Part shown: positions 9,494 to 19,478 of the stretch, in pieces
Position numbering within the stretch: the first letter of the stretch is position 1
Layout: each line of letters starts with the position of its first letter
From: Dehalococcoidia bacterium
GTDB lineage: Bacteria > Chloroflexota > Dehalococcoidia > GIF9 > AB-539-J10
Direction of reading: 5' to 3'
DNA: 64,000 bases
Assembly: GCA_034431195.1 (NCBI GenBank)
Contig: DAOUDP010000001.1
Location: 179,385-243,384, forward strand
Translations under genes and position numbers: made by a program
The notes under the pieces: model-generated
Databases searched by the model: none
Seen by the model: the letters and a program-made list of their open reading frames with translations, nothing else
Told to the model about the DNA's origin: nothing

Positions 9494-10471
9494 TTAATAA
9501 CGCCGATGCCAGTTTTCATCCACCTCGGTGGCTTCAAGCCCAGCATACCACGGAGTCCCATAAGCGTTTGCTAATTCAGTCAGGCTTTCAAGCCTGCTGA
9601 CCACGGTGGTCTCTAAGAATTTCAATCTTTCCTCACGGGACTTTATTTGAGTGGCTTCCTGCCACAAAGCACGCCCAGCAAGAAAGCCTGAGGCTCCAGC
9701 CCGACAGGCTAGCTCAACTTCCTGACAGAAGAGTTCGAAATTAACACCGGCGCTCAAGATAACCCAGGGAACCTGGCTTGCTTCGCTAAGCTGATGGCAA
9801 AGATTTAATAGCCTGGCTTTATCCTTCTCATATTCTAAATCGGCTGGAAATTCGGCTTTCAAGACATCAACGGGAAGAGCAGTAATTTGTTTTGCTGTCT
9901 CGATTACCAGCTGTGCTTTCACCCCTGCAAAATCCTCAGGGCTAGCTTCCTTATTAGCCACTCGGTAACTTACCGGCTCAACCACAAAAGGTATATCTTC
10001 TGCGACACAATCCGTGCCTAGCTTCTGCACCGTATTTAGTTGCTTTGGGGCAACATCGACATCAGGGCGATAGTAAAGCAAAAGCTTAGCTGCTGTGGCT
10101 CCCATTTTCCTTATCTTTTTTACATCCCACTCAGGCAACAAATTGGTAACTCTCGCCTCTGCTTCGCCGGAATAGCCACTTCCCTCCAGGCTGACCAACA
10201 AACCCGTTGTTTTAGGAATAACACCAGCGGCGATTGCCTGCGCAGCACCATAAATGGGGTCAAGCAGGATAGCGGTAGCATGGGGGGCTACAACTCGACA
10301 CAGGTCTAGTTTGAAATCAACCATCTCTTGATAGCCAGCGCCTTGGGATTGTCCAGTGGAAAGCATCTTCATCAATGAGCCCCTGTGGTCAAGGGCACAC
10401 ATCGCCATTATTCCCCTCTTGTTGGCTAACTGCTGCAATCTTCTTATTTTGCCTATTGATATCTTTCTCAT
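9494..10471 (-). CDS. class I aldolase of the LacD/tagatose-1,6-bisphosphate aldolase family; probably the FBP aldolase paired with pfkA
   Basis: N-terminus KIRRLQQLANKRGIMAMCALDHRGSLMKML matches the LacD-family N-terminal signature; adjacent to pfkA. Confidence 0.7.
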   Translation of the reverse strand: MRKISIGKIRRLQQLANKRGIMAMCALDHRGSLMKMLSTGQSQGAGYQEMVDFKLDLCRVVAPHATAILLDPIYGAAQAIAAGVIPKTTGLLVSLEGSGYSGEAEARVTNLLPEWDVKKIRKMGATAAKLLLYYRPDVDVAPKQLNTVQKLGTDCVAEDIPFVVEPVSYRVANKEASPEDFAGVKAQLVIETAKQITALPVDVLKAEFPADLEYEKDKARLLNLCHQLSEASQVPWVILSAGVNFELFCQEVELACRAGASGFLAGRALWQEATQIKSREERLKFLETTVVSRLESLTELANAYGTPWYAGLEATEVDENWHRRY

Positions 10472-10474
10472 ACT

Positions 10475-11467
10475 CTAGGTAGCTAATACCTTCACTAATT
10501 GTAGCAAGCTGCTATCCATTGCCTTCTTTCTGGTATATGTTTCCTCTAAAGGTACAAGGGCTATTTCACCGTTTGATTCCCCAATCATAAAGCCCGACTT
10601 GCCCTCAGCTAAAGCATCTACAGCCGCTGCTCCAAGTTTGCTGGCTAAAATCCTATCTCTGGCTGTTGGCGAACCACCCCTCTGTACGTGTCCCAGGACA
10701 CAAACACGGTAATCCAGCCTCAACCTTTCCCCCACTTCTACAGCAATTGGAAACACCCCCCCTGCCTCATCCCCTTCAGCAACTACCACAATGTTTGACT
10801 TTTTCCCCTTCTTGAAATTACGCCTTATACTGAGGCAAAGTTGCTCTATCTTCGTCTCTGTTTCTGGTATCAAAATATCTTCAGCTCCGCCGGCAATCCC
10901 TACATCCAGAGCTATGAAGCCTCTATTCCTCCCCATAACCTCCACGAAAAAGAGGCGCTGCAAAGACCCCGCGGTATCCCTGATTTTATCTATTGCCTCC
11001 AATGCTGTATTCACCGCGGTATCAAAGCCAATGGCATAATCAGTCCCATAAACATCATTATCTATAGTGGCAGGAATTCCAATTACCTTTATGTCACCTG
11101 CTTTAGCTAATGCCACCCCAGCGCGAAAGGTACCGTCACCACCTATAGGAATCAGACCTTCAATCCCCTCCTTATGTAGGAATTGGATGGCCTTTTTAAT
11201 CCCCTCCTCGGTCTTCATCTCTTCGCATCGGGCTGACCCCAGGAAAGTCCCTCCCCGCTGGATGGTGTTTGCCACTGACCTGGGAGTTAACCCTATAAAA
11301 TCCCTTTCCAGCAAGCCACAATATCCACGCTGAATCCCCATTACCTCCAATTCATATCTTGTAGCACAGCGCACTACCGCCCTGATGCAGGCATTCATGC
11401 CCGGAGCATCACCACCGCTGGTTAACACACCAATTTTCTTCACGTTCCAGCTCCTTTCACCAGGCAA
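10475..11467 (-). CDS. pfkA: ATP-dependent 6-phosphofructokinase
   Basis: IGVLTSGGDAPGMNACIRAVVR...GIPATIDNDV...MGR motifs. Confidence 0.9.
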   Translation of the reverse strand: MPGERSWNVKKIGVLTSGGDAPGMNACIRAVVRCATRYELEVMGIQRGYCGLLERDFIGLTPRSVANTIQRGGTFLGSARCEEMKTEEGIKKAIQFLHKEGIEGLIPIGGDGTFRAGVALAKAGDIKVIGIPATIDNDVYGTDYAIGFDTAVNTALEAIDKIRDTAGSLQRLFFVEVMGRNRGFIALDVGIAGGAEDILIPETETKIEQLCLSIRRNFKKGKKSNIVVVAEGDEAGGVFPIAVEVGERLRLDYRVCVLGHVQRGGSPTARDRILASKLGAAAVDALAEGKSGFMIGESNGEIALVPLEETYTRKKAMDSSLLQLVKVLAT

Positions 11468-11575
11468 TTATAGCACCTTCTCTAGCCTAATCAGAGCTTG
11501 CTAACCTGAACAGTTTAGCTTACCCTCCAATAATGGTATTATTTTTGAAATTAGAATCCAAGGAACAGGAATTCT

Positions 11576-12697
11576 ATGGTTAAGATACTCCACACTGCCG
11601 ATATTCACCTAGGAGCGAAATTCTCAATCTTGGGTGACAAAGGAATTAAACAGCGTGAGCAGATTAAGAGCACATTCAAGAAAATCACCTCCACTGCTAT
11701 AGACGAAAGGGTGAACATTGTTTTAATCGCCGGAGATTTATTTGACTCAAACTCCCAGCCTCAAGGAAATATAGATTTAGTGATGGAGCAATTCAACTTG
11801 CTCAGGGAAAACAATATCCCTGTATGCCTTATCCCTGGCAACCATGACCCCTTTGATTCCTCTTCGATCTACAGGAAGGTCAATTTTGAACAAATATGCC
11901 CTAATGTAAAGGTTTTTACCGAGGCAGAGATAAGCTATAAGGAATATCCCGAGCTTAATTTGACGGTATATGGCAAGCCAAATTTAAGCAACAAATCTTA
12001 TACCAGCCCGCTGAAAGGGTTAAGACCATCAACGTCAACCAGGTTCCACGTTGCTTTAGCTCATGGCTCGCTTTACATCCCCGGGAAAGTATCAGAGGAT
12101 GATCATCCCTTCAAACTAGAGGAAATCAGCGCCAGTGGCATGGATTACGTTGCACTAGGACACTGGCATCGACCTTATGTGTGCTCAGATAACCCACCAT
12201 CCCGATACCCCGGTCCACCAGAGTGGATTCCTGACCAAGAGGAAATAGGCGATGTGCTTATAGTCAACCTCTCCGACACTGCTGGAGCTGAGATTGAGCC
12301 CAGAAGATTAGCGGCTCGCGGTTACCATAAAGTAGAGTTAGAAGTGAGTGAAATACAAAGCTTAGCTGCGCTAAAGGAAAAAATTGTTGATGGAGCAAGT
12401 CCAAACCTGATAAGAATGGTGATTCTCAAAGGACTCCGAGAGTCAGAACTATTCATAGAGCCTGAAGATTTAAAAAACGAACTAGAACATAAATTTTTCT
12501 TCTTGAGAATAACTGACCAATCTCACCCAAAACTAAAGGAGATACCCGAGACAACTTCTCAAGGACAGCTAATCAAGGCAAGGTTCATTAAACTGATGAA
12601 GGAGAAAATTCAACTGTCTGAAGGAGAGGAGAAAATTGTCGCCGAAAATGCACTTCAATATGGTCTAGCATTGCTCGATGGGAAGGAAGTTTTATAA
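11576..12697 (+). CDS. sbcD: DNA repair exonuclease SbcD/Mre11 family (calcineurin-like phosphoesterase)
   Basis: ILHTADIHLG...AGDLFD...GNHD phosphoesterase motifs; its stop overlaps the start of the downstream SbcC-like gene (ATGA). Confidence 0.8.
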   Translation: MVKILHTADIHLGAKFSILGDKGIKQREQIKSTFKKITSTAIDERVNIVLIAGDLFDSNSQPQGNIDLVMEQFNLLRENNIPVCLIPGNHDPFDSSSIYRKVNFEQICPNVKVFTEAEISYKEYPELNLTVYGKPNLSNKSYTSPLKGLRPSTSTRFHVALAHGSLYIPGKVSEDDHPFKLEEISASGMDYVALGHWHRPYVCSDNPPSRYPGPPEWIPDQEEIGDVLIVNLSDTAGAEIEPRRLAARGYHKVELEVSEIQSLAALKEKIVDGASPNLIRMVILKGLRESELFIEPEDLKNELEHKFFFLRITDQSHPKLKEIPETTSQGQLIKARFIKLMKEKIQLSEGEEKIVAENALQYGLALLDGKEVL

Positions 12698-14823
12698 TGC
12701 TGCTTAACAAAGTTGAGCTTCGGAACTTCAAAAGATTCGCCAATTTCCCAGCTCAATTTAGCCCCGGCATAAATGTGGTCAAGGGTCCTCTCAACGAAAC
12801 AGGAAAGTCTTCTCTGCTTGAAGGCATAATTGTTGCCCTTTTCTACAACCCCAAAAGCACTGCCAGACGGCTCGAGGATTATGCCTCATGGGGTTCAACT
12901 AAAAGATTTGAAACTAATCTCGAGTTCGAGGAGAAGGGAAATAGATACTCGCTTAAAAAGGATTTCCAAAAGGGCATTATCAAGCTGGTGAACCAAGATA
13001 CTGGAGAGGAGCTTGATACCCCTAGAGAAGTATCCCAAAGGATAGAAGAACTGCTGGGAACTGACTCTGATAATCTCTTCCGATGCAGTTCTTGTATTTA
13101 TCAAGACCAGATTAGCGAAGTTACATCGGGCAGGAAAGAAATAAGCGAAAGCCTGGAGGAAGTGGTAACCGGAGGCGAAGAAAAAATCCTCATCTCCAAG
13201 GTAATACAAAAACTGGATGACAAGGTTTACGAGATTAGAAAGGGATTAGATAGGCCAGCAAGGTTTCTCGGTGCATTAGCCAGACTAAAGGGTGAAATCG
13301 AGAGTGCTGAACAACGGCTTCGGGAAATTAGCAATGCGGTAGCGGAGGTAGAGGCTAAGAAAATCGAACTTGTGGAGATTAACAAGAACCTCGCTCAAAT
13401 CAAGCACGAATATGAACGCTCCAAAACCTTATTGGATAAAAATAAATTTAGAATAGAGGTGGAGTTATCAATAGCAAAGCTAGCACAAAAATATAATGAG
13501 ATAGCACAATCGCTCAGTGAAATAAATATCTTGATGGAAAAATCTAGGCAGGCAAACGATGCTCTCAATTCCATGGAAGGCTTGGGAGGCAAAGCCAAGG
13601 TATCTGAAGTAAGAAGCGAGCTAAACGAAGTCCAAATCGAAAAAAGAAATATTGAGGGAGATATAGCAGAGCGAAGGATGGAAATAAACCAAGCTAAGGA
13701 GGAGCTTAATAAACGGAAATTCTACAGGCTTCTTGGCTCAAAACAGAGCATCGCTTGCATAGCAATAATATCCATATGCGGCATAATCGGCACGATAGCC
13801 AGTTCCCTTTATTTCCTTGCCCTGGTAATTATAGGCATGGCCTCCCTTACTGCAGCTATGCGCGCAAAAGGCATTCTGACTCAGGAGGAAACCAAAGTCT
13901 CCGACCTAGAAGACCGAATTCAAAAGATGGAAGTGGCTCTCAAGGAATCAGATGTCAAAGAAAAAAGCTTGTTAACGGAAGTTAAATGCAACACCCTGCA
14001 AGAATTCGAAGAGAAGGAGAAAGACTTTTGGCAACGGAAAGAAGAACAACGGAAATATGAAAACCAGCTAAAAGGAAAGTTAGGGACAAGAAACATTGAG
14101 GAAATTGAACAGCAAAGAATGGAGACAGCAAGAAACCTAGCGGTGGAACAAGCAAAAATCACCGAGGACATAAAAGCTACCGCCTTAAGCCCAGAAAGAT
14201 ACATTGAGCTAGAAAAAATAGTTGAGAAACTGGAGGCGAGGCTGAAACAGCGTGAGCAGGATAAGAACCGTTGTGAAGTATTTATTGAAATGGCAAGGTT
14301 TGATGTAGAAGAGCAAATCAAACTAGAGGAGGAGTTAGATAGTCTTCAACGGGACTTGAGGCTGGAGGAGCGCAGGGTCAAGGTCTACGAATTAGCCGCG
14401 GAGTTTTTATCCCGAGCGAAGAGCGATGCTTTCTTAGCAGCAAACGAGGTTTTAGAAAATGAAACCCGAAAATATTTTGCCATCTTTACCAACGGCAAGT
14501 ATGACCAAGTGAAGATAGGCAACGGAAACTCCGAGTTCCTCGTCTATTCCAAGGAGAAAGGCGATTGGGTTAAACCAGAGGAGCTGAGTGGCGGGGTTAT
14601 TGATGAGTTCTACCTGGCATATCGGCTTGCCTTAGTAAAATTGATATTTGGCAACAAAAATCCCCCCTTACTATTAGATGACCCTTTCGGCAATTTCGAT
14701 TCAGTCCGCCTGAACAAAGCATTACTCCTCTTTAAAGACCTAAGCAAGGATTACCAAATTATTATATTCACCCTGAAAGATACATACGACGAAGTAGCGG
14801 ATAACCTAGTCCAGTTGAGGTAA
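12697..14823 (+). CDS. SbcC/Rad50-like SMC-family ATPase with a central hydrophobic hairpin
   Basis: N-terminal Walker A GPLNETGKSSLLEG; long coiled-coil region; C-terminal LSGG signature and LLLDDPFGNFD Walker B-like motif; the mid-protein segment SIACIAIISICGIIGTIASSLYFLALVIIGMASL is strongly hydrophobic. Confidence 0.7.
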   Translation: MLLNKVELRNFKRFANFPAQFSPGINVVKGPLNETGKSSLLEGIIVALFYNPKSTARRLEDYASWGSTKRFETNLEFEEKGNRYSLKKDFQKGIIKLVNQDTGEELDTPREVSQRIEELLGTDSDNLFRCSSCIYQDQISEVTSGRKEISESLEEVVTGGEEKILISKVIQKLDDKVYEIRKGLDRPARFLGALARLKGEIESAEQRLREISNAVAEVEAKKIELVEINKNLAQIKHEYERSKTLLDKNKFRIEVELSIAKLAQKYNEIAQSLSEINILMEKSRQANDALNSMEGLGGKAKVSEVRSELNEVQIEKRNIEGDIAERRMEINQAKEELNKRKFYRLLGSKQSIACIAIISICGIIGTIASSLYFLALVIIGMASLTAAMRAKGILTQEETKVSDLEDRIQKMEVALKESDVKEKSLLTEVKCNTLQEFEEKEKDFWQRKEEQRKYENQLKGKLGTRNIEEIEQQRMETARNLAVEQAKITEDIKATALSPERYIELEKIVEKLEARLKQREQDKNRCEVFIEMARFDVEEQIKLEEELDSLQRDLRLEERRVKVYELAAEFLSRAKSDAFLAANEVLENETRKYFAIFTNGKYDQVKIGNGNSEFLVYSKEKGDWVKPEELSGGVIDEFYLAYRLALVKLIFGNKNPPLLLDDPFGNFDSVRLNKALLLFKDLSKDYQIIIFTLKDTYDEVADNLVQLR

Positions 14824-14956
14824 AGGCTAACTTAAGAGTCAAGATGGAAGTAGGCTCGTCTATTTTACCGCAGTGAACAGATGCTGTTTCTTTAGTATTC
14901 TGGTATAAATCATCCAAAGTGCCCTGTCTACCTGAGCGAAGGCAATCAATACCTTT

Positions 14957-15547
14957 CTAACCCTCAATAACCTCTTTAGTGCTGGGCACTCTGCCAATAA
15001 TTCGCTCGTCGATGCGGGTGGCTGAATCCAGGGCTTGGGCGAGGGCTTTGAACAGGGCTTCGGCTTTGTGATGGTCGTTTACGCCGATAATTACCCTGGC
15101 GTGTAGGTTGACTTTGGCTTCAGCAGCAAAGGAAACCAGAAAGTGGCGGACCAAATCCGAAGATAGCTCGTCTATACTGACATCGGAAAACGAAACCTCA
15201 ACCACGCTGTAAGCCCTTCCCCCGATATCCACCGCCACCATAGCCCGAGTTTCGTCCATGGGAACGACGGCGTGCGCCATTCGGACAATACCCTCCTTCT
15301 GCCCTAATGCCTGGTTAAACGCTTTGCCTAAAGAGATAGCTACATCTTCAACCACATGATGCTGGTCAGCACCTGTGGCTGAGATTTTGAGGTCAAATAT
15401 CCCATGCCTGGCCAGTTGGGTAAGAAGGTGGTCAAACATCCTTATTCCAGTGGTGACCTCAAATTCTCCAATGCCATCAATATTCAGTTCCACCCTGACA
15501 TTTGTCTCGGCAGTTTCCCGGGTTACCTTTGCTTTCCTTTCAGCCAT
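14957..15547 (-). CDS. hisB: imidazoleglycerol-phosphate dehydratase
   Basis: RETAETNVRVELNIDG...DHHKAEALFKALAQAL; 196 aa, typical of HisB. Confidence 0.9.
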   Translation of the reverse strand: MAERKAKVTRETAETNVRVELNIDGIGEFEVTTGIRMFDHLLTQLARHGIFDLKISATGADQHHVVEDVAISLGKAFNQALGQKEGIVRMAHAVVPMDETRAMVAVDIGGRAYSVVEVSFSDVSIDELSSDLVRHFLVSFAAEAKVNLHARVIIGVNDHHKAEALFKALAQALDSATRIDERIIGRVPSTKEVIEG

Positions 15548-15593
15548 TCTTAAACCTCCATTAATATTCTATTTATCAGAATAACGAGGGTGA

Positions 15594-15663
15594 GATTGCT
15601 TCGCTTCGCTCGCAATGACAGCAGGGGGCTCGCAATGACAGCAGGGAGCTCACAATGACGAAG
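15594..15663. repeat. tandem copies of the dispersed GATTGCTTCGCT..CGCAATGACA repeat family (hisC-hisB intergenic)
   Basis: GATTGCTTCGCTTCGCTCGCAATGACAGCAGGGGGCTCGCAATGACAGCAGGGAGCTCACAATGACG; related copies at 4086-4118, 16772-16794 and 32340-32387. Confidence 0.7.
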
Positions 15664-15678
15664 AGGCATGCTGCCACC

Positions 15679-16755
15679 TTAACATATTTCCTTCAATGCC
15701 TTAATTAGGGCATCGTTATCTTCAGGCTTGCCCACACTTATTCGCAGATAATCTTTCAATCGTGGTGTATCAAAATAGCGAATAAAGATGCCTCGCTGCC
15801 GCAATTGACGCCAAATTTTCTCAGTATTTCGCTGGAGCATTGCGCAAAGGATAAAGTTAGCTTCTGATGGATAGGGCTTTAGCCATCCCAGCTCTTTTAG
15901 TTTAGTGAACAGCCTCTCCCGCTCAGTGGTTATCTTTTGAACATTACCACGAAGGTAGTCTATATCGCCTAAAGAAGCCAATACTGCCACCTCGGCGGCA
16001 ATGTTAACATTATAGGGCTGCTTGATTTTCATCATGTAGTCAGCAATTTCCACGGGGAAGACCCCATAACCTATCCGAAATCCAGCTAACCCCGCCCATT
16101 TGCTGAAGGTGCGCAGGACTATTAAGTTACGGTGAGCAGGCACCAAGCTAGCCATGGTTACCCCGTGGAACTCAAAGTAAGCCTCGTCAATGACCACGAT
16201 CCTCCCAGTATCAACGAGCTCCATTAGCTCTTGCTCCTCAATGACGTTCCCGGTGGGATTATTAGGAGAAGCGATAAAGATGACCTTCGTTCTCCCATCC
16301 AGCGCTCCTTTTATGCCCGTTATGTCCAGAGCAAAATCCTCATCCTTTCTAGGCACATCAATTATCTTGCCGCCACAAATCTCTGCGCTGAAGGGATACA
16401 TACCAAACGTCGGTGAGCAGTTAACAATTTTGTCACCCGGCTCAATAACAAGCCTCAAGACGAGGTCAATGAGCTCATCGCTGCCACTGCCACAAACGAT
16501 GTGCTGGCAAGCTATACCGGTATATTCCTCCAGTGCTTCCTTCAATTTCCTTTGCCCCGGGTCGGGGTAGATATGATAATGAGAATAGTCAGCCAGGGCC
16601 TGATAAACTCTCGGAGAGCAACCATAGGGATTCTCATTGCCATCGAGTTTTACCACCTTCCCCCGAACCCGCTGCTCCAGAATCTCCACAGGCTCTATCG
16701 GAGTGTAGCTCTTCATTGCTACCAGTTCAGGTCTCACCAGCTTGTTTATGTTCAT
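15679..16755 (-). CDS. hisC: histidinol-phosphate aminotransferase
   Basis: KLDGNENPYG motif; class II aminotransferase length; lies in the his operon. Confidence 0.9.
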   Translation of the reverse strand: MNINKLVRPELVAMKSYTPIEPVEILEQRVRGKVVKLDGNENPYGCSPRVYQALADYSHYHIYPDPGQRKLKEALEEYTGIACQHIVCGSGSDELIDLVLRLVIEPGDKIVNCSPTFGMYPFSAEICGGKIIDVPRKDEDFALDITGIKGALDGRTKVIFIASPNNPTGNVIEEQELMELVDTGRIVVIDEAYFEFHGVTMASLVPAHRNLIVLRTFSKWAGLAGFRIGYGVFPVEIADYMMKIKQPYNVNIAAEVAVLASLGDIDYLRGNVQKITTERERLFTKLKELGWLKPYPSEANFILCAMLQRNTEKIWRQLRQRGIFIRYFDTPRLKDYLRISVGKPEDNDALIKALKEIC

Positions 16756-18048
16756 CTATCTTTTGAGATTACTTCGCTTTGCTCGCAATGACACTGCCTG
16801 GGCGTGAGCATTAAACCCTTCAGCCTCAGCTATGGTTATCGCTGGTTGAGAAAGTTCCCTGGCGGTGGAATCATCCAGGGAAATGATATTGGTGACTTTG
16901 AGGAAATCCTCAACACCGAGGGGCGAACTGAAACGAGCGCTTCCCCCGGTAGGCAATACATGGCTGGGACCGGCAACATAATCGCCAAAAACTACTGATG
17001 AATTATCACCAACGAAAATAGAGCCGGCATTGTAGATTCTGGGAATCAAAGAAGAAGCGTCGGAGACCATAAGGGAAAGATGCTCAGGAGCATAAAGGTT
17101 GACCAATTCAACAGCCTGATCAATATCATCCACAAGGACAATCATCCCACTATCAAGGACTTCAGCGACAATAAAAGACCGCTTCAGCTTATCCAATTTG
17201 AGGGAAATTTCTTCATCAACCTTGTCAGCCAGCTCAGGGAATGTGGTAATCAAAAACACTTTTGCCAGCGGGTCATGCTCAGCCTGAGCGAGAAGCTCAG
17301 CAGCACATAGAGATGCATCGGCAGTGCTGTCAGCCACAATCACAATCTCGCTTGGTCCCTGAAGGCCATCAACGCCTACCTCGCCATAAACCACCATTTT
17401 GGCCAGCATCACAAAAATGTTGCCCGGACCGCAGATTTTATCCACCTTGGGCACTGACTCCGTGCCAAACGCTAGAGCAGCGATAGCTTGAGCACCACCA
17501 ATCTTGAAAATTCGATTTACCTGAGCGATGTTAGCCGCTACCAACGTAGCAGCAGGAATAGCTCCAGTAGGTCGGGGAGGCGAAGCCATAATGATCTGCC
17601 CAACACCAGCCACCTTAGCAGGAATGGCAGTCATCAACACCGTGGAGGGATAACAGGCAGTCCCACCAGGAGTATAGATCCCCACCTTATTCAGCGGCCG
17701 AACTTGTCTTCCCAAACATGGATCAATAGATATAACGCCAGCTTTTGGTAAGCAAGCAAGGTGGAATTCTCTTATCCTCTCAGCAGCTAACTCGAGGGCT
17801 GAGATTAACTTCTTGTCCGCGGCATCATAAGCTGCCGAAATCTCCTGCTGGCTCACCTCCAGAGAATCAAGTTGAGCATCCTCTAATTCCTTAGCGTAGC
17901 GAAAAAGAGCTTTATCACCCTTACTTCGTACCTTGCCGATAATATTTGCCACTACCTGTTGCTGCTCCAGCGCTACATCCAAGGATTTTAGTGGGTCTTT
18001 TCTATCAAGCACTTGCTTTGCTTGGTCAAAACCTTTGATTCTCTTCAC
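16756..18048 (-). CDS. hisD: histidinol dehydrogenase
   Basis: 430 aa with HisD-like sequence throughout; his-operon context. Confidence 0.9.
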   Translation of the reverse strand: MKRIKGFDQAKQVLDRKDPLKSLDVALEQQQVVANIIGKVRSKGDKALFRYAKELEDAQLDSLEVSQQEISAAYDAADKKLISALELAAERIREFHLACLPKAGVISIDPCLGRQVRPLNKVGIYTPGGTACYPSTVLMTAIPAKVAGVGQIIMASPPRPTGAIPAATLVAANIAQVNRIFKIGGAQAIAALAFGTESVPKVDKICGPGNIFVMLAKMVVYGEVGVDGLQGPSEIVIVADSTADASLCAAELLAQAEHDPLAKVFLITTFPELADKVDEEISLKLDKLKRSFIVAEVLDSGMIVLVDDIDQAVELVNLYAPEHLSLMVSDASSLIPRIYNAGSIFVGDNSSVVFGDYVAGPSHVLPTGGSARFSSPLGVEDFLKVTNIISLDDSTARELSQPAITIAEAEGFNAHAQAVSLRAKRSNLKR

Positions 18049-19472
18049 GCTAATCCTCCTCGCATCATCTGAATGAGGAAATCTATTTCTTCCTTCCTAT
18101 CAGGTGAAACAATACTTTCCTTGTTGCCAATGAGGCAAGCAGTGGATTCGCAAAGGGTATCAATAATTTTGAGATTATGCTCCGCCATGGTTCTTCCAGT
18201 TTGCGTGTTATCAATAAGCAAATCGGCATCTTCAGGCAGAAAAGCCTCGCTTGTCCCCCAGGTTAGTATTAGTTTGTATGGACTAACGTGGTGGTCACAA
18301 AGATACTTATCGCTGATATTGACATACTCCGAGGCTACCCTCAGCATGGATAATTTGCCCTTCTGCAGCAATTGTTTAACCTCTTCTATGGTTGATACTG
18401 GCATTTCCTGACTCGTCGCAGCTACGACTTTAACTTTGCCGAAGCCAAGATCCAATAATTCCACCACAGGGCTGGAGGGGAAACGGTAGACATGATCAAG
18501 TAGCCAGTCCCTGCCGGTTATCGCAAGGTCGAAATTGCCGTTGGCTACCTGGAGTGGCATATCCTGAGGCCTGATTACCTTAATATCAAGCCAATCTAGG
18601 TCAACCGAAGGATGATAATCCAGCGCCTCCACAGAATAATGGCTTAAATTGAGTCCAACTCGCTTTAAAAGCTGTGTCGTGGGTGGTAGCTGATGCCCAT
18701 CAGGCAAAGCTAGCCTGACTTTCTTCAGCTCGGGGCGGGGAAGTGACTCAATAGAACCTTCCTTTCTGCCTAATTCCTCAAATGACAAAGAAAACTCCTT
18801 ATTGTCAAGCTTGGAAGCAAAGCAATTCAACACTTCGCCCAAGTCCTTACTATTCAAATTTTTCTGGCTCGCAATTATCATAGCTTTAGTGGGGAGCAAT
18901 TTCATGAGAGGAAGCAAACCTTTCCTTTCCAACTGTCTCCTATTTCTGGCTCCCAATATCGCGATTTCAGCGTTCTCCGGGGGATAGACCTCAGCATCTC
19001 CCCAAACTGGAAAAATCCGAAACCTTCTCATCCTGACACTTAAGGCAAAAGCTTCGGCTAAATTAGGATATTCACTTACTATACGCCAGTTACGTTGCCT
19101 GGCTAGAAATTCATCGAGGTTGGATATTCCTGACTTGTAACTGACTGCGGCGTATACATATCCGCCACCATAATTTAGAGCAGATATCTTCACCACTGCG
19201 CTGGCTTTATACCGCACAAGAAGTTCTTCAATCCAATCCAGTCCACATATCCCCAAGTCATAATTGCCTATCGCCACCTGAATAGGAATATCCTTTTCCC
19301 GAAATATCTTGGCAGCGAGGTAAGGGAGGTTTCTTGACTGAAGCCGATATTGCCTTGTTCGTTCCGTATACCCTTTAAAGCCTAAACCTACATCAGCAAG
19401 TAAATTCGCCGTGGCTGGAAGCAATCTCCCTTTGGGCAAAGCAAGTTTAATATAGTTTGCCTGGTTTGCCAT
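18045..19472 (-). CDS. hisG: ATP phosphoribosyltransferase, tandem fusion of two short-form HisG catalytic domains
   Basis: 475 aa. The first half (KLALPKGRLLPATANLLADVGL...GNYDLGICGLDWIEE) and second half (RLALPDGHQLPPTTQLLKRVGL...GNFDLAITGRDWLLD) each resemble a complete short HisG. Confidence 0.8.
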   Translation of the reverse strand: MANQANYIKLALPKGRLLPATANLLADVGLGFKGYTERTRQYRLQSRNLPYLAAKIFREKDIPIQVAIGNYDLGICGLDWIEELLVRYKASAVVKISALNYGGGYVYAAVSYKSGISNLDEFLARQRNWRIVSEYPNLAEAFALSVRMRRFRIFPVWGDAEVYPPENAEIAILGARNRRQLERKGLLPLMKLLPTKAMIIASQKNLNSKDLGEVLNCFASKLDNKEFSLSFEELGRKEGSIESLPRPELKKVRLALPDGHQLPPTTQLLKRVGLNLSHYSVEALDYHPSVDLDWLDIKVIRPQDMPLQVANGNFDLAITGRDWLLDHVYRFPSSPVVELLDLGFGKVKVVAATSQEMPVSTIEEVKQLLQKGKLSMLRVASEYVNISDKYLCDHHVSPYKLILTWGTSEAFLPEDADLLIDNTQTGRTMAEHNLKIIDTLCESTACLIGNKESIVSPDRKEEIDFLIQMMRGGLA

Positions 19473-19478
19473 AGAAAT

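Noticed and set aside
15594-15663. Possible CRISPR array from the repeated CTCGCAATGACAGCAGGG units
   Set aside because: Only two or three adjacent copies with no unique spacers of regular length. The same motif occurs dispersed in coding regions. No cas genes are present.
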